Of a stretch of 64,000 nucleotides of DNA, positions 18,382 through 27,934 are shown one piece after another. The notes beneath the pieces are model-generated. The model saw nothing but the letters and a program-made list of their open reading frames with translations. It had not been told where the DNA came from and ran no database searches. The stretch comes from a virus. Lineage: Duplodnaviria > Caudoviricetes. Made by a program: the position numbers and the translations under genes. The stretch spans positions 1,206-65,205 of IMG/VR virus record IMGVR_UViG_3300023210_000001; one strand, given 5' to 3'. Numbering within the stretch: position 1 is the stretch's first letter; each line of letters begins with the position of its first letter.

Positions 18382-18753
18382 TCATCGTTTCACCTGCTCC
18401 CAGTATTCCTCGGTCGTCCGTTCAATCAGTTCGTCGTTCGTTATGATTAACGAGAATTCGCCGTGCCATCCGCAGTGGATACCGACTCGTTCCATGAGCG
18501 GCGAATTTCCCTTGATGTGGTCTCGAACTGAATGCTCGACGCAATGCGAACAACCCGAGCGACCGGGCCATTTCTCGCCCGTTTCGGGACCGAAGATTGC
18601 CCGATCATTTCGTTGTTCTGTCGTGAAACTGTCCGGGTCTAGTTGCCAGCGGATCTCCTCCGCCAGTCGAGGGATCCGGTCGATCACTGCCGACCGGCAT
18701 CGCCGTTGTTCGGCTTCGATGACTTTCACCGCCTCGTTGATGTTCTCGATCAT
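18382..18753 (-). CDS. hypothetical protein
   Basis: Preceded by a GC hairpin and an AAGGA leader. Confidence 0.6.
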   Translation of the reverse strand: MIENINEAVKVIEAEQRRCRSAVIDRIPRLAEEIRWQLDPDSFTTEQRNDRAIFGPETGEKWPGRSGCSHCVEHSVRDHIKGNSPLMERVGIHCGWHGEFSLIITNDELIERTTEEYWEQVKR

Positions 18754-18801
18754 TCTTCGTTCCTTTCGTCGGGGAGGTCATTTCCTCCCCGGTTTGGGTT
18801 G

Positions 18802-19446
18802 TTAGTCTTGGATGAATCTTCCGAACTGAAGTTCGCCTCGCACGACATTCTGTCGAACGATCTCCTTGATTTCGCCGATCTTCTTGACGACCTTTCGTTC
18901 GCATCCACCGAACAACGATTCCAGATTCCATCCTTCTCTGAAAAACGGAGTGGCCCAGCGATCGACGAACGACATGATCGGCCCGCCCATGAACCCGGTC
19001 GAGTAGAAATGATCGTCAATCGACTCCGGGAACATTTTGTCGATCTTCTTCGCCATCGCTTTGATGTTGGCGGCGAGTCTTTTCTGGCTTCGAATGGTGA
19101 CGATCGTTCCCGTGATTTTCTCCAACCGATCGAGATCTTCTCGACAGGCGACCCGTACTCGATCGAGTGCTACATTTTCGGATCCAGCAATGTTCGCCGT
19201 GAGCAACTCTTCGACGAGATCTTTGAGACCTGCTTTGTAATAGTTTGCCCGGATCAGAACCTCTCGACCGACCTCGTTGTCCAGCATCGTACCGAACTCG
19301 AACTGACAGAATCCGCCATCTTCGGCTGGCATGACGATGATGACTTCGGAAACGGTCTCGCCGTTTCCGTCGATCGCTTCGAAGCGATGCGTGTTTCTCG
19401 TGTCCTCGGAGCAGATGTCTTTGCTGTGGGTGATGTCGATGGTCAT
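18802..19446 (-). CDS. cassette protein
   Basis: ATG (MTIDIT) follows cassette 5. Confidence 0.7.
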   Translation of the reverse strand: MTIDITHSKDICSEDTRNTHRFEAIDGNGETVSEVIIVMPAEDGGFCQFEFGTMLDNEVGREVLIRANYYKAGLKDLVEELLTANIAGSENVALDRVRVACREDLDRLEKITGTIVTIRSQKRLAANIKAMAKKIDKMFPESIDDHFYSTGFMGGPIMSFVDRWATPFFREGWNLESLFGGCERKVVKKIGEIKEIVRQNVVRGELQFGRFIQD

Positions 19447-19478
19447 TTTCGTTCCTTCTTTCGTTTCGTTTTCTCGTT

Positions 19479-19540
19479 GAGGGAAGAACCTTTCCTCCCT
19501 CTCATAAAAACAAGTATAGGACAAATCTGGCGAGAGTCAA
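19479..19540 (-). promoter_or_regulatory. repeated promoter-hairpin cassette 5
   Basis: TTGACT-16-TATACT plus hairpin. Confidence 0.85.
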
Positions 19541-19613
19541 ACCTGTTTTCGAACTTTCTCCGAAAGTATCTCCGGGGAGAGGATCGACTCCCCTCCCCGG
19601 TTTGGGTTTTTGA

Positions 19614-19874
19614 TTAGACGGAGACGGCAACCGCTTTTCCGTCGAGCGTGTCGAGACTGGCGTACTCGCTCGATGTGTCGGTCATGCTCGGGAAGCAAAC
19701 CTGGACCGTGACCCCTTCGACCAACTTGTTGGCGACGATCAGGAAACGGTAGGGTGGGCGATGCATTTCTCCGAATGTCATTCGGATTTCCTGCAACCGG
19801 GTGATCGTCGAGTTCGAGAGTTTGAAGCGGTATCCGAAGTCGAGTTCGGTTGTCGTTTGGGTTTCGTTCGTCAT
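19614..19874 (-). CDS. small cassette protein, paralog of 11200..11457
   Basis: Shared C-terminal domain; follows cassette 6. Confidence 0.8.
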   Translation of the reverse strand: MTNETQTTTELDFGYRFKLSNSTITRLQEIRMTFGEMHRPPYRFLIVANKLVEGVTVQVCFPSMTDTSSEYASLDTLDGKAVAVSV

Positions 19875-19906
19875 TTTCGTTCCTTCTTTCGTTTCCGTTT
19901 CTCTCC

Positions 19907-19968
19907 GAGGGAAGAACCTTTCCTCCCTCTCATAAAAACAAGTATAGGGCAAATCTGAGACAGATCAA
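19907..19968 (-). promoter_or_regulatory. repeated promoter-hairpin cassette 6
   Basis: TTGATC-16-TATACT plus hairpin. Confidence 0.85.
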
Positions 19969-20024
19969 CCCTATTTCGAAGTTTTCTCGAAAGTTATTTT
20001 CGACCTGTTTCTTCAGATCCCCGG

Positions 20025-20112
20025 AGGTGCGATGCAATTTTCTGAAATGAAGATTCGACCGGAAAGCGTTGTCCCTGTTGAGGTTATCCCTTGTTTTTCA
20101 TTTCAGAAAATC
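20025..20112. repeat. inverted-repeat element, copy 3 (right arm shortened)
   Basis: Left arm intact; right arm reduced to TCATTTCAGAAAAT. Confidence 0.8.
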
Positions 20113-20389
20113 GTTCACGCCTCCACCGGGAGACGAGGAAAACGACGATCGTTCCGATCGCAGCGATCCCGGCGATACGCAAGATCCTGTTTCCTTCGAA
20201 AACGAAAGCGGTTTCGTCGTTGATTCGACGGTGTTCAACGGGCACGAGATCGCCTCCCGGACCCTCGATGACGACCTGGACGATAGGCACCCCACGAGTG
20301 TCGACCAGCACCTCGTCGCTCTCGACGAGCCTCGTCGAACACCCTGCAAGGATCGAGGCGAGGAACAGAACGCATCGACGATCAATCAT
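20084..20389 (-). CDS. putative lipoprotein/membrane protein
   Basis: Lipobox-like LAGC and a C-terminal hydrophobic segment. Confidence 0.5.
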   Translation of the reverse strand: MIDRRCVLFLASILAGCSTRLVESDEVLVDTRGVPIVQVVIEGPGGDLVPVEHRRINDETAFVFEGNRILRIAGIAAIGTIVVFLVSRWRRERFSEMKNKG

Positions 20390-20633
20390 CCGTCCTCATT
20401 TCCACAATGATCGGGGTTCGCTCACCGACGAACGACCCTTCGATGTTGTATGAAATATATTCGTCGGCTTCCTCGACCGTCAATCCGTCGGCGACAAGTT
20501 TGTCGAGGATCTTCTGTCGATCGTATACCGCCGCTCGTTGATTGAACGCTCCACCGATCCCGATCAACGCTTCATCGTGTCCGTCGATCAGGAGTGCTTC
20601 GCATTCTTCGAGTTGTTCCATCATATTATTCAA
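20382..20633 (-). CDS. conserved phage hypothetical protein
   Basis: DG.DEALIG..AVYD..KI..L..EEA.EY..YNI.G.FVGE.TP pattern. Confidence 0.7.
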   Translation of the reverse strand: MNNMMEQLEECEALLIDGHDEALIGIGGAFNQRAAVYDRQKILDKLVADGLTVEEADEYISYNIEGSFVGERTPIIVEMRTDD

Positions 20634-20871
20634 CGGTCTTGATCCTTCCAGGAGCGTAGACCACGACGGTCGAAGAAGTCTCGACCCACACGGTCGCCCC
20701 GCACGAAAGCGGTCGAGTCGGTCGAGATACGATCTTCGACGAACCGAGGATCTCGACCTCGTTCCCCTTGTCGTTTGATTTGTAGGTTTTCACCGTCAAC
20801 GCCGGATCGGTCCTTCCGTGTTTCTTGTTCGCCCTGACGATGTGTTGATTCACATGAATCCTTTTCTTCAT
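20626..20871 (-). CDS. conserved phage hypothetical protein
   Basis: IHVNQH..R.N.K.G..P.LTVK..PLSCGA.VW.ET pattern. Confidence 0.7.
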   Translation of the reverse strand: MKKRIHVNQHIVRANKKHGRTDPALTVKTYKSNDKGNEVEILGSSKIVSRPTRPLSCGATVWVETSSTVVVYAPGRIKTVE

Positions 20872-20997
20872 CCCATCAACCAATCCACGAACAGCCAGAG
20901 CAATCCGCAACCAGCCGAGATGCAGAGCAACTCGATGGCCCGGTCGAGAAAAACATCGAAGATCTTCCTCTTGTTCATCGCTTCCTTCTTTCGTCGC

Positions 20998-21321
20998 TCA
21001 TTTGATCTCCTTGAATTGTATAGTCCCAGGTGTTTCGTTCCTGAGATGTCCGCTTGTGTCGTGATCTTCCATTGCCCATTTCAAGACTCTGATGAACCCG
21101 GCCTTGTCCCCTTCGGGAAATGTAACCTTGACGACCTCTACGCATGTATCGCTGGCGTGGTCGCCTCTCATCAAGTCCTTTGCCACCCGTACCGCCTCCG
21201 CTTTTGAGCGGTGGACGCTTGCGGTCATATCCGCCGCTCTTCCTTCTTCCGGCAATTCTGTTTTCGTTACCCATACGATCATCGTGCCCCTCCCCATTTC
21301 TTTCGCTGTCGATTTTCCCAC
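20998..21321 (-). CDS. hypothetical protein
   Basis: Operon packing; start uncertain. Confidence 0.45.
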   Translation of the reverse strand: MGKSTAKEMGRGTMIVWVTKTELPEEGRAADMTASVHRSKAEAVRVAKDLMRGDHASDTCVEVVKVTFPEGDKAGFIRVLKWAMEDHDTSGHLRNETPGTIQFKEIK

Positions 21322-21479
21322 GCCTTCGCCGCTTCTGATTGAGCCTCGGCGTACTCCGGAGATTCCGGCGTGTCGGTGAGATCGAGACTGTCGTCTTCGT
21401 CTTCGCCGAGGAATCGGTACAGGTCGACCCAGAAAAACGGGTTCAGCACCACCGACAGGATTCTAAGAATTCTGTTCAT
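21279..21479 (-). CDS. hypothetical protein
   Basis: GGAGGAG SD before the ATG. Confidence 0.5.
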   Translation of the reverse strand: MNRILRILSVVLNPFFWVDLYRFLGEDEDDSLDLTDTPESPEYAEAQSEAAKAWENRQRKKWGGAR

Positions 21480-21672
21480 TTCGCTCCTCCTTCAGTGGTC
21501 CGCACCCACAGAGTCCCTGTCTGTTGTGTGCGAAATCAGCGATGTCCTCTTCGCTGAAACTGCCCGATGTGTTGAAGTCGTCCCCACAGTGTGGGCACCA
21601 GACCTCAATTGTGGAGGGTACTGCTTTTGTACCCTCCAGGATCAGCACTTGTCTCAAATTGGGACTCGCCAT
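21463..21672 (-). CDS. small zinc-ribbon-like protein
   Basis: CPHC...H...CGC; SD present. Confidence 0.5.
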   Translation of the reverse strand: MASPNLRQVLILEGTKAVPSTIEVWCPHCGDDFNTSGSFSEEDIADFAHNRQGLCGCGPLKEERNEQNS

Positions 21673-21781
21673 TACTGGTTCTCCTCCTCCATCTGGCGGC
21701 GGTCATCATCCGCACCTTCATCACGCTCTTCCGGCTCCTCCGGGACACCGTGCCATCCGTCCTCGTGTCTGCTCGGCTGGT

Positions 21782-22975
21782 TCATTTCGCTCCTCCGATC
21801 CAAATTGGTTTAATCCAGGTTTGATGTGCTTCTCGACCGTCCGGGAGATTCACCGTCGACCGATCCGGGTTCGCTCGTCTCCAGTTCTCCGCATGGGCTT
21901 GTCGTCTCCAGTGTCCTCGTCGCCAGTGTGAGCGTTTCGTGGTTCCGTCGCCAGTCCCGTGATCGGTCCCACCGGAACGGTCGTCGTCGACGACGGGCGT
22001 CCTGAGTTCTTGGATTCGTAGTGATTCGATTTTCTTCTTCTTCGGGTTTCCCGGTTTCGGACCGCTCGATGTGACGATCTTCGTTTGTAGATATTCCGGG
22101 TAAGAACTCATAATCTGAATCATCGTCGAAAGAACATTCAGCGAGGTGAGGAACCCTTGTCTCGACTGTTCGAGCGGAGTCTCGGGTTCTCGATTCGAAA
22201 GATACATCTTCCGCATTTGTGCGGCTTCGTCTTGATACAGCGTCGAGCAAAAACTATCGAGAAGCGTTCTTCCTTCGTAGATCGGAACGACGAAAGTTTC
22301 GAGAATTCCTCGATCGGCTCGAACGATCTCCGATTCGAGTATCTTTTTCGGAGTGCCTCGCCCGATCAATCCGTTCGCTCCGACGCATTGCAAGCCGTCG
22401 ATCGAGACCAACGGAACGCCAGCGGTGGATTCGTAGGAATGATACTGCGTCGAAGCGATCAAACCGACGACGGTCTGAGTCTCGAAGAATCCGTTCCCTG
22501 ATTGAAATCTTGCCAACCGTCTTTTCCCGCCGACCATGTATTCGATCGAACCGGGATCGGACAACAGATCGTCGGCAGCATAGTGCCTGACCAACTGGAA
22601 ATGCGACATCGTGTCTCGAACTCTTCTCGGGAACCAAAGACCGAACGACGGAATCGTCTGCTTCAATTCTTCGCCTTTGATTGACTGAAGACAATCCGTA
22701 TTCTCGGCGTCGGTCAACACCGATCCGTCGACAGCGACCAGTCGTTCTCCGGCTTTTTTCCAGGCTTGGAGAACGGCGAGTTGACCGCCGACGGAGTTTT
22801 GTCCGGATAGGAACTTCCGAGCGTCGTCCGGATTCGGGAACTCCGCTCGAAGCGTTTCCGCCGCCGCTCTGGCAGCGACATCGAACATCGAGTCCGATAT
22901 GTTGAACGCTCCGTCGACATTTTCCCAGAACCTGTCCGGCAACGCAGGGAGTGATTTGTCGAAGACCTTCTTCAT
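21782..22975 (-). CDS. phage protein with a C-terminal HWRRGHWR motif
   Basis: KRSHWRRGHWRRQ...WIKPIWIG; ATG overlaps the stop of the cassette ORF. Confidence 0.75.
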   Translation of the reverse strand: MKKVFDKSLPALPDRFWENVDGAFNISDSMFDVAARAAAETLRAEFPNPDDARKFLSGQNSVGGQLAVLQAWKKAGERLVAVDGSVLTDAENTDCLQSIKGEELKQTIPSFGLWFPRRVRDTMSHFQLVRHYAADDLLSDPGSIEYMVGGKRRLARFQSGNGFFETQTVVGLIASTQYHSYESTAGVPLVSIDGLQCVGANGLIGRGTPKKILESEIVRADRGILETFVVPIYEGRTLLDSFCSTLYQDEAAQMRKMYLSNREPETPLEQSRQGFLTSLNVLSTMIQIMSSYPEYLQTKIVTSSGPKPGNPKKKKIESLRIQELRTPVVDDDRSGGTDHGTGDGTTKRSHWRRGHWRRQAHAENWRRANPDRSTVNLPDGREAHQTWIKPIWIGGAK

Positions 22976-23268
22976 TAGATGACCGCCTTGAAAGTGAAGT
23001 TGAGCATCCACTCCTTCGCATCCTTGATGCTCCACTCGATGGGCCAGCGTATCGAATCGACGCTGGCGACGATCTCATCCATCGAGGCGTCGGTCCCCTT
23101 CAAGAAGTCGAGCGAGACGACGGTTGCACAGCGTTCTCCGACCGGAGTGTCGAGGCGGTCAGCCAGACCTTCCGGGACGGTGTGATCGAAGTCGAACACC
23201 CAGTAGCGTTCGACCTCGGTATGTTCGAGATCCTGGAACACGAGTTTCGTTCCGGTGAAGTTCGACAT
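22975..23268 (-). CDS. small cassette protein
   Basis: MSNFTGTKL follows cassette 7. Confidence 0.7.
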   Translation of the reverse strand: MSNFTGTKLVFQDLEHTEVERYWVFDFDHTVPEGLADRLDTPVGERCATVVSLDFLKGTDASMDEIVASVDSIRWPIEWSIKDAKEWMLNFTFKAVI

Positions 23269-23297
23269 TGCTCTCTCTTTCGTTTCCGTTTCTCTCC

Positions 23298-23359
23298 GAG
23301 GGAAGAACCTTTCCTCCCTCTCATGAAAACAAGTATAGGACAAATCCGAGACGAATCAA
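23298..23359 (-). promoter_or_regulatory. repeated promoter-hairpin cassette 7
   Basis: TTGATT-16-TATACT plus hairpin. Confidence 0.8.
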
Positions 23360-23432
23360 CACTACTTTCGAACTTTCTCCGAAAGTATCTCCGGGGAGAG
23401 GATCGACTCCCCTCCCCGGCTTGGTCTTGCTG

Positions 23433-23765
23433 TTAACCGTTGTTCGTGTTCTTCACGATCAAGCCTTGATTGAACCACTTCTGGATGTCCCGGAACTTAC
23501 CCGTGACGGTCGCCGGGTAGATCCGGTCGGTTCCTTTGAAGAACTCCGTGGCTCTCGGTCCGACTCCGAGGTGCCAGGAAAGGTTTCCTTCTGGCAGGAT
23601 CGGCGATCCGTCTTCGTCGGTGGCAACGGTGAAACCGTTCGTCAGTTCGACCGTGAGCCAATCTCCGAAACCGTTCCTGTTCCCGCACGGGGTCTTCGAG
23701 GCGATCCGTGGATCGCTACAGTTCAAGTCTCTCGAACTTGTGATTTTCTTTGTGATTTCGTTCAT
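23433..23765 (-). CDS. small protein between two GC hairpins
   Basis: MNEITKK follows a hairpin and a GAAGGA leader. Confidence 0.7.
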   Translation of the reverse strand: MNEITKKITSSRDLNCSDPRIASKTPCGNRNGFGDWLTVELTNGFTVATDEDGSPILPEGNLSWHLGVGPRATEFFKGTDRIYPATVTGKFRDIQKWFNQGLIVKNTNNG

Positions 23766-23830
23766 TTTCGTTCCTTCTTTCGTTCCTCGTTGTTGCCGGG
23801 GAGGCCCGTCCTCCCCGGCTTGGTTTCGGT

Positions 23831-24100
23831 TCAACCGTTGTTGATGGCTTCGACGACTGGTTTCCAGTCCTTGCAAAAATCGCTCTGAGCCATTGTTTCC
23901 GCCGAGTCTCTGCAAGTGTGCCAGGACCAGACACCCGCACTATCGTCTTCTGGAAGTTGCACGACGAGTACATGAGTGTATTGCTTTGTCCCTGGAACTG
24001 TTCTCGTGAACACTCTCTTGCCCACCACGACGAAGTAATCCCCCTCATCCTTGAGTTGATCGACCGCATGGCTGAGTTTCGTTCCGTTGAAGTTCGACAT
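23831..24100 (-). CDS. small cassette protein, paralog of 24402..24656
   Basis: KLSH..RVFTRT..YTHV.V..SWH..AE..A..VVE..NG is shared. Confidence 0.75.
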   Translation of the reverse strand: MSNFNGTKLSHAVDQLKDEGDYFVVVGKRVFTRTVPGTKQYTHVLVVQLPEDDSAGVWSWHTCRDSAETMAQSDFCKDWKPVVEAINNG

Positions 24101-24128
24101 TGTTTCTTCTTTCGTTCCGTTTCCTCGT

Positions 24129-24190
24129 CGGGGAAGAACCTTTCCTCCCTCTCATAAAAACAAGTATAGAGCAAATCTGAGACGGGTCAA
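24129..24190 (-). promoter_or_regulatory. repeated promoter-hairpin cassette 8
   Basis: TTGACC-16-TATACT plus hairpin. Confidence 0.85.
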
Positions 24191-24247
24191 CCCTGTTTCT
24201 GATATTTCTCGAAAGTTATTTTCGACCTGTTTCTTCAGATCCCCGGA

Positions 24248-24344
24248 GGTACGACGCAATTTTCTGAAATGAGGAATCGACCGGAAAGCGTTGTTCCTGT
24301 TGAACTTAGACGGGAAATGTCATTTCAGAAAATTGCATCGCACC
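24248..24344. repeat. ~95-bp inverted-repeat element, copy 4
   Basis: Same arms (two substitutions in the left arm) and core. Confidence 0.88.
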
Positions 24345-24401
24345 GTCGGGGATCCGACGAAACCGAACCGGGGAGAGGATCGGCTCCCCTCCCCGGTTTG
24401 G

Positions 24402-24656
24402 TTATGGTCTCCAGCCGTTGACGACTTCGACCACTGCCTTCGCTGAACAAGAGTGACGAGCGAAGGAAGCCATCACGGAACGGGCTGTTTTCTCTGCTGC
24501 GGCTTCTGATCCGTGCCAGGATCGAACATGGTCGCTCGCTTCGTCGCCGAGCCGTGAAACCCCTCCGGTATAGATCACGACCACATGAGTGTAGTTTGCA
24601 CGGGTTGTTCTCGTGAACACTCTGCCGTTTACTTCGTGGCTGAGTTTCATTTTCAT
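24402..24656 (-). CDS. small cassette protein, paralog of 23831..24100
   Basis: Follows cassette 9; shared motifs. Confidence 0.75.
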   Translation of the reverse strand: MKMKLSHEVNGRVFTRTTRANYTHVVVIYTGGVSRLGDEASDHVRSWHGSEAAAEKTARSVMASFARHSCSAKAVVEVVNGWRP

Positions 24657-24688
24657 TTTCGTTCCTTCTTTCGTTTCGTTTTCTCTTC

Positions 24689-24750
24689 GAGGGAAGAACC
24701 TTTCCTCCCTCTCATAAAAACAAGTATAGAGCAAATCTGAGACAGATCAA
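24689..24750 (-). promoter_or_regulatory. repeated promoter-hairpin cassette 9
   Basis: TTGATC-16-TATACT plus hairpin. Confidence 0.85.
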
Positions 24751-24790
24751 CCCTATTTCGAAGTTTTCTCGAAAGTTATTTTCGACCTGT

Positions 24791-25066
24791 TCAGATTTTC
24801 TTGAGTCGAGAAGCGGGAGTGATCTCCGCCAGCGTCTCGATCTTCGTGATAACCGCTCTCGGAATGACGGTCACGCCTCCGAAATCTTTGTCCTTCGTCA
24901 CGCTGTCGGCGACGATCAAAAACTCTTTCCCGTCGTGGATCAGCCATCCAACGGTGAGGCAAGATTCGGGTTTTAACTCCTCGATGACGGTTTTGATGTC
25001 GCCAACCCAGTCGGCCCGGGCGACGATATCTAGCCAGGAAATCAGAACGATCTTTCTGACAATCAC
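24791..25066 (-). CDS. conserved phage hypothetical protein
   Basis: VLISWLD...C.TVGWL...IP..VI.KI pattern. Confidence 0.65.
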   Translation of the reverse strand: MIVRKIVLISWLDIVARADWVGDIKTVIEELKPESCLTVGWLIHDGKEFLIVADSVTKDKDFGGVTVIPRAVITKIETLAEITPASRLKKI

Positions 25067-25545
25067 GACGACTTATCGTTCTCGACACGAAATCCTTTTC
25101 GTCGAAGATATGCGATGATCACCGCCATCGATTGTGGCTCGCCCCATGATCCGAGCAAGAAGTTTAACGATTTGCAAATCAACCTTGAGTTCTCGACGGT
25201 GTATCCGCCAGCGGGATCAATCCGGTCGATCGACGCCGCCCTCGCCGATTGCTTCCGGGTCTTCGATTGAAAATCAAAGGGAAGTCCGGACAACTCGCAA
25301 TCGCCTTCGAGTTTTTCTCGGAACCATTCCTTCGTCAGTTCGAAACGAATGCCCTTCGCTACGCTCCGTCTTCTCGTCGAGTTGAAATGCTCGCTGACAT
25401 GATGTTCGAGATTGTTGGCTTTCCGAATGCTTTCGCAAATTTTACATCGGACGGTTCGCTTTCGTTCTCCGGTTGCCGTTCTTATGTGGATATAAAATTC
25501 TGACTCTTCCAAGACTTGGAGACAGTCCGGACATTCGTGATACAA
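25063..25545 (-). CDS. HNH-like endonuclease
   Basis: CPDC..CKIC, CELSGLPF, SIDRID..GGYT.EN.RLIC..LN. Confidence 0.75.
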   Translation of the reverse strand: MYHECPDCLQVLEESEFYIHIRTATGERKRTVRCKICESIRKANNLEHHVSEHFNSTRRRSVAKGIRFELTKEWFREKLEGDCELSGLPFDFQSKTRKQSARAASIDRIDPAGGYTVENSRLICKSLNFLLGSWGEPQSMAVIIAYLRRKGFRVENDKSS

Positions 25546-25560
25546 GAAAGCCTCTCATCG

Positions 25561-25605
25561 AAAGAAAAGAGGAAGCGACCTTGCCGCACCCGATGTCGCT
25601 TCCCC
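25561..25605 (-). terminator. intrinsic terminator ending the late operon
   Basis: GGAAGCGAC/GTCGCTTCC stem followed by TCTTTTCTTT on the minus strand. Confidence 0.65.
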
Positions 25606-25616
25606 TTTAAGGTTTG

Positions 25617-25835
25617 TCAGTTCGTCGCCTTGACGAGTCCGTTGTCGTGGATCGCTCTTCCGAGGATGTACGCCATGATACCGTTCGCACTCAAATCCAC
25701 TTGTCCCGGAGACAGTCCAGCCGTCTCCCCGAACACCACGATGCCGACGAGCAGCAACAAGGCTTGAGCCTTTCTGGAAACCAGGAAATCTTTCAAAAAC
25801 TGCACTGGATCACCTAACCCTTCTTTTTTTGGCAC
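25617..25835 (-). CDS. putative holin-like small membrane protein
   Basis: Two hydrophobic segments (SRK...AYILG..I.D) at the end of the tail operon. Confidence 0.55.
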   Translation of the reverse strand: MPKKEGLGDPVQFLKDFLVSRKAQALLLLVGIVVFGETAGLSPGQVDLSANGIMAYILGRAIHDNGLVKATN

Positions 25836-26061
25836 TGGCTACCCAGCCAGTCACCGCCGATAAACATCCGACAATTATTTCCCGCCACGGTGACGGGAGA
25901 AGCGGAACCGAATCTCGAACGACTGCACCCGTGTATTCTCCAGCGGTTTCCAGGTTCGCTTCGTCGGAGAGTACACGGGTGAATCCGTCCCAGAACGCAC
26001 AACCGGAAATCAACAGACCGAGGATCATAATCAGGATGGCTCTAGTTTGCCAGCGGTGCAT
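25810..26061 (-). CDS. putative lipoprotein (lysis/spanin-like)
   Basis: Signal peptide with lipobox LISGC and a C-terminal hydrophobic helix. Confidence 0.5.
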   Translation of the reverse strand: MHRWQTRAILIMILGLLISGCAFWDGFTRVLSDEANLETAGEYTGAVVRDSVPLLPSPWREIIVGCLSAVTGWVASAKKRRVR

Positions 26062-27010
26062 TGTATGCCCTTCGGGGGAAGAGTGAGAGTTGAGCGTTGT
26101 ATACAAGCCCGGTTGTAAAATCCATCCCGGCGGAGTAAACCGTGTTCGCCGCCATCGCCGTTCCGATATACGGAGACTGTACAGGCATGGTAATCGAGTT
26201 CCCCGCTGTCGTACAATCAGCCGAGAGAACCGTCGCCCCCCCGTCGATGTCAAGTGTGATGGCTCCGGTCCCGCCCGATGCCGTTGTCGAAGTACAAGCC
26301 AGTCTGGAATCTTCCCAAATATGATCGTAAGGAATCGTCACCTTACAGATCCCACCGGATGAAGTTTGCACCGTACCGGTGGGCCACGACAGATTCATGT
26401 GGAACACCTGCGGAGTCTCTTGCCGAAGTTGCTCGACGGTGTTGTCCCAGTAAACGGTTTTCGATAGTCGAGTCGGCGTGGAGTTCGTCGTGATGGTGAA
26501 TCCCGTTCCCGCTCCGTCGACGGTGATCGGGACTTTGTAGAGCGGGAGCGTGACGCTCCCTTGAGTCGTCGAAGCCTGCGTCGCAAGTCCGATGTCGCCG
26601 TCCGAGGTGACGCCGAGATACACATCGTGGTCGGTCGAGACCGTCAGAGACAACGACGACAGGGCGAGCGTCAGCGTTCCGATGTGATATCGACGAGTGC
26701 CTCCCATCGTCGCAACCGACACTCCGCTGGCGTTCGTCGAAGTCAGTGTCAAATTACCGCTTGAGATATCAGATGTGTCCAGGACGAGAGAATACGCACC
26801 GAGAACTCCGTCCGGCCACGCTTCGACCGCCGGACCTTTCCTGATCCAATCATCCCAAGTCGCCGAACCCGTGGCGGTTTGCAGACTGTTCACATCGGAG
26901 ACGAGTCCGGCGAAAGCGTTGTTCAACGCTGCGTTGTCGTTGTTGAACTTGTTGATGTAATCGTTGTCGCCGCCAGCGTAGGTATTCAGCGACGGAACCG
27001 GGAAAACCAT
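26042..27010 (-). CDS. putative tail fibre/receptor-binding protein
   Basis: Thr/Ser/Gly-rich beta composition; last tail gene. Confidence 0.55.
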   Translation of the reverse strand: MVFPVPSLNTYAGGDNDYINKFNNDNAALNNAFAGLVSDVNSLQTATGSATWDDWIRKGPAVEAWPDGVLGAYSLVLDTSDISSGNLTLTSTNASGVSVATMGGTRRYHIGTLTLALSSLSLTVSTDHDVYLGVTSDGDIGLATQASTTQGSVTLPLYKVPITVDGAGTGFTITTNSTPTRLSKTVYWDNTVEQLRQETPQVFHMNLSWPTGTVQTSSGGICKVTIPYDHIWEDSRLACTSTTASGGTGAITLDIDGGATVLSADCTTAGNSITMPVQSPYIGTAMAANTVYSAGMDFTTGLVYNAQLSLFPRRAYNAPLAN

Positions 27011-27020
27011 TTTCGACCCT

Positions 27021-27716
27021 TCAGGCAGTTGTAGTCGCTTCCGTCATCGTCATCGTCTCTTTCAATCTCGCTTCGACGGCGAGCGAAGAGGTGACGATCG
27101 TCCGTTGTAGTGTGTGCGAACCGAACGCTCCCGGAATCACTCCGAGATCATCGTACCCGAGCAGCGTCAGCGTTGACAAGGCTGTCGAGAGAGCGGTTTC
27201 GACGGATATGGACACCGAACCGTCTTCTCCGGCGGAACCGCTTCGAACATCACAAATGATCCCGAAAGCATCTCGCCACACTTTTCCGTTTTCGTCGTAA
27301 TCCAGTTCGAGGATGTGATGTATTCCGAGATCTTCGGCGTCGTATTCGTCGAGCCGTAACGCTGGCAAAGCGACCTTCGCCCTGCCGACGACTTCGAGTT
27401 GACCGGAAGCGTTCTTGCGGATCTCGACCGGGACATTGATGTCCGCCAGGAGATCTCCGGTTGCGTCTCCGTTGACGAGGATGTTTTTGATCTCACGGAG
27501 ACCGACGCTTCCGATAACGATCGCCTGACTCGCACTTTCCAGAATGTAACAATCGACGACGAACTCGTAAACTGCGTTCGGATCTTCTTCGATCGAAGCC
27601 GGGACTCTTTCATAACGAGCCGCCGTTTTCGTGATCCCGAGAAGATATTTCTGAGACCGTTTCGCCTCTTGTTCGGCGATAGATTGCACATCGGAAAGAC
27701 TCGTCAATTCTGGCAT
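27021..27716 (-). CDS. putative tail/baseplate protein
   Basis: Position in the tail operon. Confidence 0.5.
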   Translation of the reverse strand: MPELTSLSDVQSIAEQEAKRSQKYLLGITKTAARYERVPASIEEDPNAVYEFVVDCYILESASQAIVIGSVGLREIKNILVNGDATGDLLADINVPVEIRKNASGQLEVVGRAKVALPALRLDEYDAEDLGIHHILELDYDENGKVWRDAFGIICDVRSGSAGEDGSVSISVETALSTALSTLTLLGYDDLGVIPGAFGSHTLQRTIVTSSLAVEARLKETMTMTEATTTA

Positions 27717-27934
27717 TACAGGAACTCCATCGGATCTTCAAGATTCGGTTCTCGAAGTTCTAAATCTTCGATGTTCACTTCTTTTTTGTAAACTCCGAAT
27801 CTGTGATAATTCTTCTGGAAATGGTGCGGCGGTCCGTAATGAAGAACGGCAGCGATGTCGCCGTCCACGGACACGACCTTGCCCGGGATCAACCGCTCGC
27901 CATCTTTGATGTAGACAAATGCCCCGTCTTTCAC
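27716..27934 (-). CDS. small hypothetical protein
   Basis: GTG overlapping the upstream TGA. Confidence 0.4.
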   Translation of the reverse strand: MKDGAFVYIKDGERLIPGKVVSVDGDIAAVLHYGPPHHFQKNYHRFGVYKKEVNIEDLELREPNLEDPMEFL

